DNA from: Botryllus schlosseri
Taxonomy: Eukaryota
NCBI GenBank assembly: GCA_051294905.1
Contig: CM119372.1
Location: 22,322,001 to 22,386,000, forward strand
Length of the DNA: 64,000 bases
Direction of reading: 5' to 3'
This document shows, piece after piece, positions 1 through 13,724 of the stretch. How positions within the stretch are numbered: the stretch's first letter is position 1; each line of letters begins with the position of its first letter. The notes below the pieces were generated by a model. It worked only from the letters and a program-made list of their open reading frames with translations, was not told the origin of the DNA and searched no databases. Made by a program: the position numbers and the translations under genes.

Positions 1-528
1 CAGAAAAGCAGGACCACTTGGCGTAATCTCAATCATATCAGATAGGTATTTCTGCGATCTATAAGTTCACAAGCATTCGCTGTTTCACCTCTGTCATGCC
101 TGCAAGAGGGTATATTGTTGTTCTTAACCTATCGTTATCTAGTTTTAACCCTAAAAATTCACTGACCAAGTGTCTCATTTTAGTATTTAATCACCAACGT
201 ACAATGCGCTTACAGAATCATCATTGCCGTTAGCGTACTTCTTGAACTAGTAGAAGCACATAATCAGCAAGCCGCCGTGGTCGTGATCATTGAAGCATAG
301 CTGATTAACCAATCAAGAGACGTGATTTCGTGATTACTAGTCTTCTCGCCGTTCTATGGTCGCTAACCCGCCCACTCTATGGCAGCTACTTTCAAACGCA
401 TTTAGACAAATGTTAACGACTTTCCTGTAAGCTTATTGCAGGTTCATTGACGTTTTTTATCAATAATCTACAGAATGAGACATGGATACGCGCATATTTT
501 GAGATTTTCCAAATTTTGGACAACCCTA

Positions 529-2227
529 GTGGACACTCGAAAAATCACGTGACCGTCACGCCCTGATACCTTTGACGACTTTGTTATTGTCGATCCGTCT
601 GCAGCACTAATTAAAGGCAAAGTCGCTATTGGTCTTTATTGATTTTGACTGTGTTCCATATCGAGTTGGGTGACAGAATTTCGTATGGTATATTTTGATG
701 CTGTCATCTAGACCTGTACCAAGTTTCAAGGCTGTGACTCAATGATTAGCGTGATAATTTTGCTATAAAATCGAGTATTTGGTAGATGAGCGCGCACCGA
801 TATATTGCCGACTTTGATAACGGAATTACCATGCTAATCATTAAGTGACAATCCTGAAACTTACTGCGAAGTTAGATAACACAACCCAGATATTCCATGC
901 CAAATTTCGTCATCCATCTCGGTATGGAACACTTTCAAAATTCACATATACCAATATCAAATTTTGCGAAAATTCCTTATGCGGTAGGCTCAAAGCCAAA
1001 TCATCGCACGGAGACACTGGATACTCGAATTTGTTAACGTACTTACTACTTTATACAGTCACACCCTTGAAACTTCGTACAGCGTTAGATTCCTTCATCA
1101 AGATATACAATACGAAATTTTATTATCCGTAGCCGTATAAAATACATTTAAATTGTACACATACAATACTGGCTTTTGCAATAAAATCTGCTATGCGGCA
1201 GGCTGAATGCCAAATCAGCGCGCACCCTGACATCCGCGACTTTGATAACTAAATTGCTACCGTAATTAATTGAGTCACAGCCTTGAAACTCGATACAGTG
1301 CTAGATGTCTCCATCAGAATATATAATACGATATTTTGTTATCCACCGCGGAATAAAACACATTCAAAACCTACATATAGCATTATAGCAATTTCGGCTT
1401 TTGTGAAAAATCTGTCATGCAGTAGGCTATATGGTAGGTCAGCGATGTACTTGATAAACGCGACTATGATAACGAAATTACTATCCTGATCACCGAGTCA
1501 CACCCTCAAAAATTGGTTCAGTGTAAGATGCAATCATCTGACCTTCAGCCTACCGCATAACTGATTTTTCACGAAAAACAGTATTGGTATGTGGAGATTT
1601 TGATTGTGTCCTATACGGTGATGGATAGCAAAATTTCGTACTTCATATCTTCATGATGACATCTAACACTGTACGAAGTTTTAAGGCTGTGACACAATAA
1701 TTACAGCAGTAAGCACGCTATCAAAGTCGAGAATCACGGGTCCGCGTGCGCTGATGTCGCAATGAGCCTACCTCTTAATGGAATTTTCGCAAAATTTGAT
1801 ATTGGTATATGTGAGCTTTGAAAGTGTTCCATACCGAGATGGATGACGAAATTTGGCATGGTATATCTTGGTTGTGTTATGGAGCTTCGCAGTAAGTTTC
1901 AGTATCGTCACTCAATGATTAGCATAGTAATTCCGTTATCAAAGTCGGCAATATATCGGTGCGCGCTCATCTACCAAATACTCGATTTTATAGCAAAATT
2001 ATCACGCTAATCATTGAGTCACAGCCTTGAAACTTGGTACAGGGCTAGATGACAGCATCAAAATATACCATACTAAAGCGTGTCACCCAACTCGATATGG
2101 AACTTAGTTAAAATCAACGAAGAGCAATAGCGACTTTGCCTTTAATTACTGTTGCAGACGGATCGACAATAACAAAGTTATCAAAGGTATCGGGGCGTGA
2201 CGGTCACGTGATTTTTCGAGTGTCCAC
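529..2227. mobile_element. Foldback-like non-autonomous element with ~680-bp inverted arms built from ~215-bp subrepeats
   Basis: GTGGACACTCGAAAAATCACGTGACC at 529 and its reverse complement ending at 2227. Arms ~529-1208 and ~1544-2227 align as inverted copies. No TSD or coding capacity seen. Confidence 0.85.
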
Positions 2228-3102
2228 ACCACCTTTGAGTACACGCTGGTAACACACGACAACTCTCGAATATTTCAAGCAGGCGATAATGATGATTACA
2301 AACGCGAAATCGCGCACCCTATCAGTAATTGTCTCTTGCGGTTTCTTGCTTCGCGCCGACCAACTCGCATCGCGGCAATTATTTGCAGATTAAAAGAGCG
2401 ATTTGGGCGGCATTGGTGCATTTCCCGATTTACGTCCGCGAAGCATTTCGGGAGTACATCGGTCAATCCGTAAATTCAATTTGCATGTCGACGGCCGCCA
2501 ACACATACTAATTGAATTACGTGTTGACGGCCGCACAAATTTCCTTCTACGGCCGCAGGTTGGCCACCCCTGGGCTAGAATTAATTTCATTTCCGGGCGG
2601 ATGTCGCGATCTTATCAATAGAAATCCACTGTCTACCTAATGCCTAATGGTTTAGTATTCGATATTGTTGTTCACGATACGAGTACATCCAGCAATCAAG
2701 TTTACCGGAATGTAGAAAGTGCCCTGTTCGCACGTATCGAATGAAATCTAAATTTGTGCCACCCAGAATGTTGTGAGGCATCAATATTTGACAATAGCAT
2801 GACATGGCCTACAGCACGTTAATAATGAAAGGAACAGTGAAAAATGACTTTGTGTGACAATTACGGAGTACGAATGTATCAAGTAGATAACGAGAAATAT
2901 GGATAATGGCAAACGAGAAAGCGTGTATTTTAATCAGTATCGCCACGAATGGGTTTTGAGTCTGACACCGTATTAAGTGGCTTTCGTCGCAACAATTGTT
3001 TTCCCATTATATCGGTGTTTAAACTGTATTGCTGCATTTCCCGAATAATGTCACTGGCAAAGCATTTTTAGAGAAACGAATCGAATTTAGAGAACTAAAC
3101 TG

Positions 3103-5264
3103 CAGTGGTTCTGAACCGCCGGTCCGCGACGACATTCCTGCCGGTCCGCCAGGTGTATTAGAATTTTAGACCTTAATTTCAAGATGCAATTTTGAATGCG
3201 ACAAGTACAAAACAGATACGATCTGACTCATCGCTAAACAGCGCAGTTTGCGTTATCATTCGTTTTCGATTCATTCATTTTGTGCAGGACCGTGATTGGG
3301 GCACCCCAAACCGCCCAATTGGAGAGGGCCGAGTTTGAAAAGGGACCAAAATTATTTTGCAAGTGAACATAAATCATAGCGTATTTTTTTAAACTTTTTT
3401 CGACATTTTTCACTTTCCTTTCGAGCTTTGCGTGATTTAGTGTCACTAAATGCCGTGCTCATAGGTGCCTTTCTCGGAGAAATACGCATGGTTTATAGAG
3501 ATAGGCTTTTCGGCGTCAGCCGTTACCGCGCCACGACGTACCAACACATAATGAAGTTTAAGCTAACATGGAACTTCAAAACTTGAGCCAAAGATTTGTC
3601 AACGAGAAAACACATTCAGTTGTGATTGATCGAAAATTTTCGCCATTGGCGCGATTAAGCTACATAAACTCTCTGCTTACACTAAGTAGAATGAATGTGC
3701 TCACAAGTACATGTGAAACATCCACCCAACTTTAGGGTTTAGGGGCGAAGCCCCGGAAGTTTGGTTTATCGCCCCGTGGGGGGGGGGGTTAGAGGTTCAC
3801 GTTCACAAACGAACCTCGGTAGGTTCTGGACTGTGAACCTTTTTCATATATTACAGTTTTCCACGTCATTATAAGATCTTTGGTTAAAATTCTTTGCATT
3901 TTAGCTGCGGGTCACTCTATGCATGGAACTGGTAGCATAATAAATCAACAGTAAACGAGCATGCTTCTAGACAATCTCAAAAATTTTACATGGTTTGTTA
4001 CAAAATTTGTTCGAAATATCCAGTTTCCCGTTTGTGAATGTTTAGGGACTCAGCGGTGAGTTTGACCCGCAACCACACAACATCTAAAGCGAAATGCATT
4101 ACATCAGTTGTTTTCAAACTGGGGGTGGCGAACTGCGGTCAAAAGAATTCTTTTTACTCGCTAGGCGTGATTCACCTCCAATTCATAGTTATCGCTCTGT
4201 GTGTAGTCATAACCGTCCGTGCCATAAAACTATCCGCTGGAATTGCTAGCATTCTGGTTGCATTCTGTGATATGACGATAAGGGGGGTGCGAAATTTTCT
4301 AGTATCATAAAACAGGGCCGGGGTGTCTAAAAAAGTTTGAGAACCACTGCGCTACATGTAGGTGGTTAGCGAATGATGCTTATTTAACCAATCAATCAAA
4401 TTTATACAAAGAATGCCTCGTTGTCTAATGTAAAAAATCTAGCAGCCGTATGGGATCCATCTTGATTTGATATGTTTATTGTATCACAAAACCAAATCGG
4501 TGTGATTGGGGTGTTACCTACTCCTGTATATCTTGTTATTGGGATAATAACGGTAGCAAGTATAGAAACCCGTTTTACACTCTGCTCAATATTAATGTAG
4601 CAATATTCAGAAGTTGAATACATTGTCCGGTCTGGCCTAGACCGTTAAGGCGTAAGCTTATATTCCCTTGCAAGTCCTCGTCGAAATTGTTGTCAAAGCG
4701 ACGGAAGATATTGATTTTAAGGGATTATTATATCAATTGATTGCTCCAGTTGGTAGCCTACATTTGGCGACGGTTAAAAAGTCGGTATGTACTTCAGCAT
4801 TGTGGCATAATGTGACCCGAGTTGTCGCTATAGGTATCCTTCCCATTCACATATCAAGTCACTGAAATGTTGTGTTGGAATTCGCAATATGACGTCACGA
4901 GGTTCACGTTCGCGTCCACACAGAACCTTAAGCGAAGGTTCACGTTCACGCGAACCTGAACCTTTCAGAGGTTCACACAATCCCTACTGTAAACGACTCT
5001 GAGCGGTAGCACGTTTACCTGGACAAGGCAATTTTACCTCGACTCAACAGACTCACTACCATAAAATCACATGAATGGCATCATGAAGATAATTAATTCC
5101 GATCAAAACCCTCTAAATTTCACTCTCTAGCACCGTATAATTGCAAAAAACGGTTGCAAGCGGTTGCATGTTGGCTTCATTTGAATTTTGAAAGTTCACC
5201 GGTCCGCCACACGTTTTTATGAAATTTTACCGGTCCGCGAGGTGAAAAAGGTTGAGAACCACTG
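3103..5264. mobile_element. hAT-type MITE ends (CAGTGGTTCT...AGAACCACTG) enclosing other inserts
   Basis: TIR pair present. 3103-3600 is homologous to a second copy at 9659-10700. The TSD is not preserved, so the two ends may belong to different copies. Confidence 0.55.
4105..4349. mobile_element. hAT-type MITE
   Basis: CAGTTGTTTTCAAAC...GTTTGAGAACCACTG with degenerate TSD cattacat/cgctacat; related ends at 38645-38831. Confidence 0.7.
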
Positions 5265-5382
5265 AACTAGAGATAACAACGTATGCAAATTGGTATACCT
5301 ACCTTAGCGCACTCGCAACGGACACAATACATAACTCCAAAAGGCCGGCCCAGGTTGGGATGCCAAGACGATCCAAATTCAT
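4518..5382 (-). pseudogene. Putative decayed signal-peptide exon (5382-5303) plus Ig-like exon (4861-4518)
   Basis: MNLDRLGIPTWAGLLELCIVSVASAL followed by AG|gtaggt joins in phase to ttcag|T-DLICEWEGY. Frameshifted pieces then read AKCRLPTGAIN*Y, NIATLILSRV* and GFYTCY (Ig-like C, W-position and YxC pattern), ending at |gtaaca. Confidence 0.35.
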
Positions 5383-8300
5383 GATGGCGATCCCCGAAGA
5401 AACAGCCTGTCGGATGTCATCTTAGCGTAAATCCTAGAAACAGGCTACTATATATGCAGCATTATATGACCCCCTCATACCTCGGTTGGTTTGTAAGTCA
5501 TAAGCCGAATCTGATTTCAGAGGAAGGAATCCGCCGGCGTACTTCAGGGTGACATAGATTAAAAAAATTCGAACAGTCCACGTCATCGTTCAGCTACAGC
5601 TTTCTAACCTCCGGAATGTGCAGAAGATCTACCTTCGTTGTTTAACGCGATAAGAATTTCTAATATAGAATAATTACAGTAATAGACTGCCCCAACAGTT
5701 TCAAGTACAGGGTTACCAACGCTTATATATATCGTACCGGACGCCCTGGAGAAGTGCTCCTCTGCTCGCGATTGCAAGTCGGTATAAAGGGGTAAAGAAA
5801 GGAGAAAAAATGGTCACTAATAAGCGACATTGCTGAACGCCTGTATCACACTGGGAATGCGAGCGTATAAAATGATTATGATTAATATGTCTGTCGTGAG
5901 GCAGCCCATCATTAATGCTACAAACAGATTTAGATATATCGCGCAAGCAAACAAAGGCTGCGGACGACAGCGGTGAAAGGCATTAAACTACCGGTTTAAA
6001 TGCAGGAAGTCTGGCATATATTAGGACATTACATGCGTATTTAACAAATTTCACGACTACTTAACATTTCGCGTCCATTCCATTATTCCTTGACGGGAAT
6101 CCTTTTTGATACGCATTCCATAATCCACGGAAATGTCGTGGGCGATTGATCTGGAAAGGCTAAAAATCACCCAACCTGTCCAATTTTCTCTTATCAAGTA
6201 TTCTCTATACCAGGGGTCGCCAACTCAACACAGGTCGTGGGCCACTTTTCAAAATTCGTAGAGTCCGCCGCGGCAGTATGACTTCAATATCGACATAAAA
6301 ATAGGCAACGCAGTTTAAGAGTCACGTTTTGATAACTCTACGTCAGTGCAGCACTGTTCCCTCTTACATGGGCGACGCGCATATAGTCACCACAAAAGTA
6401 ATAATATTTTATTGAACAACTAGACTAGCAACGAAAAAATCATGATCATCAGTTTCATTCTATTTTGGAGTATGAGCTGCGCACGATAGCTACTTGACAA
6501 CACCACTCTTCAGCAACTAATAAAGCACACGTGGCCAATCTTTTTGCTATTCTCGGCCACATTTCGATTACTTATGTTGGCTATGGCCGCATCTCAGCGG
6601 ATCGTCGTAATGAACTAAATGGAGGCCAAATACCCTCGTTAACTATCCATGTCCGTTGCCGGTGAACTCCGGTCTAATCTGTTCACTCATATCGAGTTAC
6701 TTTGCGCAACGAAATCGTCAGTAGCGCGAAAAACCTTTGACTTTCTTGAGTAATTTCGTCATTAATATTAGTATAGTTTCACATATTGCCATCAAATATT
6801 TATCCTTTCTCAACTCATGTGATCAAATTCGCCGGTAGAGTTGATGCAGGTGGTGTCTTCTATAATTCAGGGAGTTATTAATGCTGTGCTGCATCTTTAG
6901 GTGAGCCAATTGTTATTAGTCGCCTTTGTTGCGTGCTGTTTCTTGACATCCGATCCGGATTCTCGGCAGTGGAAAGATATTGGATTCGCCCAAACCAAGG
7001 CCTACATTTCCTTCGGGATGAGGAGAACACGATTATAAATGGGTATTTCTTTATGGGGTGCATCATTCCTCTGCTGTTCGCATCTGTACTGTGTGGCTCA
7101 GATTACAAAAAAAAAAAACACTACTATGTTAAAATGGAAAATCAACTCGCATTAATCCGCGCGTAGCGCGAAGAAAATTTCCAGAATAATTGAAACCTCT
7201 TATTAATTATGGAGTCAATTCGTCAATTCAATTTGCATATTGACGGCCGCCGACACATCCTAATCGAAATAAGTGTCGACGGCGGCATAATTTTCCTTCT
7301 ACTGCCGCAGATTGGCAACCCCTGGACTAAAGAATCGATTTTTGGGTTAGCTAGACATGGTATACTTTCCTGAAATCTATCTACTCGTAAAGCTTGATCT
7401 TTTTGGGAGCCCGAAGTCGTTTTCTAAGCGTCTCGGTCTTGGCAGTGGTAAACCATTACACGTCAATGCAATATGCCCAGCCCATTCCTATCAGCAAACT
7501 CTTCCTCCGAGGAATGATATTACCATCGCCGGAGCCGTATCAGCTAGTGAGAAATAGTGATATTGGGCACAGGAGAATACCTTACTTTGATTGGACAACA
7601 GCAACAATATGTTTAAACTGAAATCAATTTCAGCGTTTTAAAATGCTTTCCTAACCGTTCTTCCGAAATTTCTTCAGGTCGCGGGCCGCAAAATGTGACT
7701 TCGCGGGCCGCGCGTTGGTGAGCCCTATATATACGTTACTCTCAGCTGCTGAAATGCACTTTGTAGTGGTTGAACGGAGTGGTTCTATTTTGCTTTCATT
7801 ACCAATGTTACTGGAGTCTGGACTATAGGGTTGTGTTTAAAACAAACATAAATGTAAAACAAACATGCTTGAAACAAGGCCTTTGTTTAAAACATGTTTT
7901 TATTGTTTTTCTTCTGCTTTTTCTAAATGTATAAACTGAGCCGGACATTCGTTCACTATTTAGCCTGTTTACGTACGTACGTCATACATGTAATAGAGAG
8001 TCAAAATATAGCTAATGTAGCAAAGTGCGCCGTAACAATTGAAGACGCAAAGCGTCACTGTTTCCATAGTGTCGTTCAAACCTTCTTTGTTGCCAGTGTC
8101 ACATTTACACAATCTGTGCTTCGAATTGCTACGTTATACGTTTCCAAATCCCCAATTCCTAAAACAAGTCAATCAGTGCTCGCGATGAAACGATGAACGA
8201 GCAGGACTGTCTAAAAATGAAAGGTGACCAAGAAAAGCTTTGTAGTATCCTAAAAACGCATCTCCGGGTTAAAAATAAAGGAATTTAAAATGTATCATGC

Positions 8301-9059
8301 CTCCCATTGTTTTGAACCATGACGGCCAATAAATATTATTTTTATTAATTAACCGTCATTTTCTCATTGCCTAATTTCAATACATCCACTGATCGCCATG
8401 TATTAACAATGCGATTCACTGCTTTAAATTTAGAAATACAATTATTACGCAGCAGAATGTAGTTAAAAATGTTGACTCGGCCCGCCAATATATTTTCTAT
8501 TTTCATTTGGCCCGAGTGGAAAAATAATTGCCCACCCTTGTTGTAATGTAAGCGGCGTCTGTAAAAGCTTGGAATGAAAGTACAAGTCGGCAGATCAGGA
8601 ATCAAAAAAAGAATATAATAAATTATAAAAATGCCTATGTCGGTCTGGTGTATGACCAATACAGTCTAAACAACACTATGATTAACACAACAGCGCAAGG
8701 TTGACGCCGGAACCAGTTTGTCCACTGAAGTCAAAGATAGATTATGTTTAGCTTTACACAATGCAATAGAATTAAACTTCGCCCCGGAACAAAATATTGG
8801 TTACCAGCATGCGCTAATTACAGCAATTACATAAGTTATTCCAAGTACTCTTGCGTATATTCCGTCGATAAAATTAGATTATGACGATTTTGCATGCTCA
8901 ATTTATCAGAACCGTGTTGCTGCTATCCCGGGTGCATGATTTATCCATGTTGCCATTGTAACGAACTCCTGATCAGCCTACCACCAGTGTGATTCGATTC
9001 TGAGTAAGCTACCCGAGTCGAGTCGAATATTCGAGAACAACGTGTTATGGCCCTATCGA

Positions 9060-9390
9060 CAGGGCATGGTGGTATGGTATGGAAGTATGGTATGGTATGG
9101 ATCGATATTTTGGTATGGAATATGGAGCAATGCAAGTATGGTATGGAATGGAAGATTTTAGTCTATGGTATGGAACGACATTTCCATACTTTGGTATTCC
9201 ATACATTTTATCGTGATGTGCAAGCTTCATGAAGCGTACGTTGTTCGCTGTTCACGGAACATGGTCGCTTTTGTTATGTGTGAACGCTGTGTAGGAACAA
9301 ATACACGCCTATGCAACTGTTTTAGGAGCACTTGGAATGACATGATTTTGTGATGCAATAATGACAACAGTAATGTTGATCGGATATTAT
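9060..9390 (+). mobile_element. Left part of an (ATGGT)n-subterminal MITE (family D)
   Basis: Closely similar to 12651-12985. Confidence 0.75.
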
Positions 9391-10053
9391 GGTCAATAGG
9401 CCCCATAGCAGTAATGGCTACACATAATATCAAGAATGTGTCTTTTATGACGACCGCTGGCGACCCAAGCGCTCGAATTAAACAAAATTGATCGTATTTG
9501 AAAGCTACTGTCATAGATTGAAATCGTGCCATGACAATGGAACCACCCTGAGATAGCCGATAAAGTCTGAAATTTGGCATTGCTCTGAACAATCGATCGA
9601 CTTGATTGGTCACTGACCCTCTTGAGTCAGATTTACAAATTGTATATAGCCCAGTGGGCAGTGGTTCTCAACCGCCGGTCCGCAACTACTTTCTTGCTGG
9701 TCGGCCAGGTATATTACAATTTTATACCTTAATTTCAAGATGCAATATGTCGAAGGCTTATTGTCCATTGGTGAAATATAAATAGAACATCAAATTGTAA
9801 ACTCAATCAGAACTTTGTGAGGTAACATTAGACATGGATAGATGTTGATTGACTTGAAGTTCAAGCCGTGTCATTTGACGACATGCGAGCGACAAGTACG
9901 AGTTGACTCGTTAAACCGCGCAGTGTGCGCCATCACTCGTTGTCGAATCGTTCATTTCGTGCTGGGACCGTAGCTGCAGCACCCTAAACTCCGAAATTGA
10001 TGACGGGCCGAGCTCGAAGGGGGCTAGAAACTATTTTGCAAATGAACATAAAT

Positions 10054-10470
10054 TAGGCTTACCATATTTTGGAAATCTAAAAAGAGGACACTTTTTCAGA
10101 AATTTGAGACTGGCAAAACCGGAGAAGAATTCTCAAAAACCGGTGAATTTTTCTCACTTTGTGATCGGTTGACTATAATAACTAAATACCGTTTTACTTC
10201 CCGCATTGCTAGGTGGATGACTAAAAAAAAAGGTCATCTTTCCGCCCAGACCTAAAATAACCGATTTCACTCCGAAATACCCGCCGGAGCGTAATTTCTG
10301 TGCTAATTTACGGCATATCACTCGATATTTGCTCTTAATCTGACCTAAATTTTCAAAAAAGAGGACAAAATCTCCAAAAAAAGAGGACAAAAGGGCGTCC
10401 TCCAAGGACACTTTCAAAAAAGTCAAAAAAGAGGACAAATCCTCTTAAAAGAGGACGTATGGTAACCCTA
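10054..10470. mobile_element. hAT MITE family E (TAGGSTTACCATA ends, AAGAGGACA subterminal repeats), copy 1
   Basis: Perfect 8-bp TSD acataaat; nested in the 9659-10700 MITE. Confidence 0.9.
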
Positions 10471-12238
10471 ACATAAATTATAGAGTATATTTTTGAAACT
10501 TCAACCAAAATTTCCATTTTTTTTCGCGCGTCGGACAATTTTGTGTCATTAAGTATCTTCGCGTATTGGGTGCCGTTCTCCAAGCAATACGCATGGTTTC
10601 TAGAAATAGGCATTTCGGCGTCATGCATTACCGCGCCACGACGCATCGACACATAAGGAAGTTTTGGCTAACATGGGACTCCGAAAGGTGTGCCAAAAAT
10701 AGGCAGCGATAAACCTGGGCTGAAAAAGACTGCCCTTTCACGGCCGAATATATGGATATATGTATAATATATAGGGCTAATTGTCCATATAGGCGCCTAA
10801 ATGACTGGCGCCGAATGTTCCTGTCTTGGCAATCTTAATCTCACAAGACAAACACCATCCCGCAGGGAAAATTATATGCTGGTGAAGAAATAGCAATTTG
10901 AAATCGTGTGATCTTTTAATTTAGTACGTTTGGGCGATTCTACATTTTTTGATATAGCAGGCAGGAGGTGACGAAATAAAGACCCGACGATGTTTCATTA
11001 TTTTTTACGGCCTTACAGTTTCCAAGACACTTCATTCAGCTCTACCGGTAAATCTGATTACGTGAGCAGAGAGAACAAGAAATTGATAGCAATAGCCTAT
11101 ATATGCCATTTCCGATCTTATCGACCAATTTTATCATGAATTTTCGAAACTTTTGGCGCCTCGCGCGGGCTCACTGAACAGTACAACTGTTATTTCGTGG
11201 CAAAAGCGAACAACGTGATGGGGGGTCGGTTTATCACCATATGGAAGCCCAAGACTCCTCTTTTTTTTTGGGGGGGGGGACTGATGAAGTGCTGTTTCGT
11301 TCCTGCCAACGGATATACCCCCGAAGATGTTTAATTATTATTGAGGGTCCTTTTCAAACACACCTCACTCAGCTCTACCGGTAAATCAGATTACGTGAGC
11401 AGAGTGAGGATAAAAATTGATAGCGATATATATGCAAGTCCCGGTGATATTGACCGATTCAATCATGAATTATAGAAATTTCTCGCGCTTTGCGTGTTTA
11501 GGATAGAACAGCTGACTCACTAAACGGACAGCCTGTGGAGATGATAAGAAGCGGTAAACAGCGTATACCCAGAAGTTTGGTTTATCACCCTATGGGGGGG
11601 GGGCAAGACCAACATTTTTGGGGGGGCGGAGGGGGGGCTGACGAGTTACGGCCCAGACGTCAGTACAACGCTGTTCTCTCTAATATGAGCGACGGGCATC
11701 ATTACCACAAAATAAGTAATATTTTATTGAAGAAATACAAATACAACAAAAAATAGCATGATTATCATCAAATTCAATCTATTTTGAACTATGAGCTATG
11801 CGCACGATACCTGACAACAGTCTTCAGCAACTAAAACAGGGATGCCAACCTTTTTGCTATTCACGGCCGCGTTTCGATTACTATTATGTAGCCTACGGCC
11901 GCATTCTGCACTCGACCCAGGGCAAAAACTACATCTTAACATACTCCATATCATAACTAGCGTCCCAAAGGGTCCTGGTTGTCCTTCCAACAAGTCTCTG
12001 CTGAAGAGATTCGGTGTCCTAAACATAGAAGATATGCGGAAACTAGAAATCGCTATCATTAGAAATTTTATGCATCAGTTCCACTGCGATCATTGCCCCG
12101 AATATTTCGATGACTTCTTTACCTCGGAATCAAAAGCGCACAAGTACAACACACGCCCGGCCACGTCGTCCAAATATCATATGATCGACCGAAAAGATCA
12201 TCGCTCTATCAAATATGCTGGACCTGACGTGTGGACAG

Positions 12239-12490
12239 CAGAGGTGGTCAGTAACGAAGTACTTCTACTTTTTGAACTACTTGAAGTAGATTTTGCCTAC
12301 TCACACTACTTTTTAAATAGTTATGATTTTAGACTACTTCTACTTGACAGTTTTTAGTTTTGTAGGCAAAAATAGGCGTAGAATACTTACTTACTTGTGA
12401 ACCACCACTCCTACTTCTACTTGAGTAGAAATTCCGGCGTTACTTCTACTTCTACTTGAGTAGCGACGGTGACTACTTCGACCACCTCTG
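12239..12490. mobile_element. hAT MITE family G (CAGAGGTGGTC...GACCACCTCTG)
   Basis: Perfect TSD gtggacag; decayed relatives near 27538, 43232 and 59712. Confidence 0.9.
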
Positions 12491-13724
12491 GTGGACAGTA
12501 TCCCACGTGCGGCCATCCGACGATCTACGAGCATTTCCGTTCACATTCAAGTCGAAATACAAGCAATTACTACTAAATAAATACTAGTCCATCTTCAAGA
12601 TTACCGGACCACAACCTGATACCTATCGATCTCGCCTTCCGTGACATGTCCAGGGCATGGTATGGTATGGTATGGTATGGAAGTATGGTATGGATCGATA
12701 TTTTGCTATGGAATATGGAACAATGCAAGTATGGTATGGAAGATTTTAATCTATGGTATGGAACGACATTTCCATACTTTGGTATTTTATACATTTTATC
12801 GTGATCTGTGCAAGCTTCACGAAGCGTACGTTGTTCGCTGCTCACGGAATACGTTCGATTTTGTTATGCGGGAACGTGAACTATTGCACGCTGTGTAGGA
12901 ACAAATACACGCAACGGTTCTATAAGAGCACTTGAAATGACATGATTTTGTGATGTAATAATTACAACAGTAATGTTGATCCGATATTCTACTGAGTCTA
13001 GACACGACGTCTCCGAGCATAGTCTATCATGTGACGCAATAATTGGTAATGTAGGCCCCGGTAGGCCACTCCAACTACCTCATTCCTTGAGTGACGACAG
13101 CTTACACGCAATCATGATGCAAACGAACTAATTGTTCAATGTGATTGATAATTACATTTCGTCTGAAATATGGTCAGCACATTTACACTATTTACATACC
13201 GAGATATCTTATTGGTCATATTTCAAACGCTCTCGCAGTAAGATTATAGATCAGGGAGTGGAGTAGATATAGTTTAAAATTCTCACCACGCTAACCCCAA
13301 CCAAATACTGTACTAATAATCACGCAGATCGCTGCAGTGTTGATCGCCTGCAGCTGGGATATTTTGTGGGTGCGCCTATATTATAAATTATTTTGCGAAT
13401 ATTTACTTCAAACTTGCATGTGCCTCATGCCAATGTACCGGAAATGCGATGATATTCTTATGCAGGGGCGGGCAACTTCTCCAGTCGGCGGGCCGGATAT
13501 AGGAAAATTAAGTACTCGGCGGTCCGGACTGCTGAATCGATACATTATTCACCCTTACATACAAGGAATAAATCGTATTTAATGAATGTATTTTAACGAC
13601 AGCAATGTCACTTTCAGAGGCATTTCTCGCCGATAATGACGAATATAATGTGGATTTGAGAACCGTATTGACATACGCGCCGCCATGTCTGCTTCTCTGT
13701 GATCAACTAACTCACGGTGCAACC

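Noticed and set aside
529..2227. Regularly spaced ~215-bp units as a CRISPR-like array
   Set aside because: The whole unit is homologous between copies, with no short invariant repeat and no unique spacers. There are no cas genes and the context is eukaryotic.
2580..2810. Additional exons of the Ig-like pseudogene
   Set aside because: Splice-like signals exist, but the phase does not join cleanly and the peptide is uninformative.
6933..7166. hAT transposase remnant (SAVERY)
   Set aside because: Only a few residues resemble the hATC motif, which is not enough support.
11842..12357. 171-aa ORF as a host gene
   Set aside because: It is a chimera of unrelated repeat sequence, the LINE ORF2 tail and MITE G.
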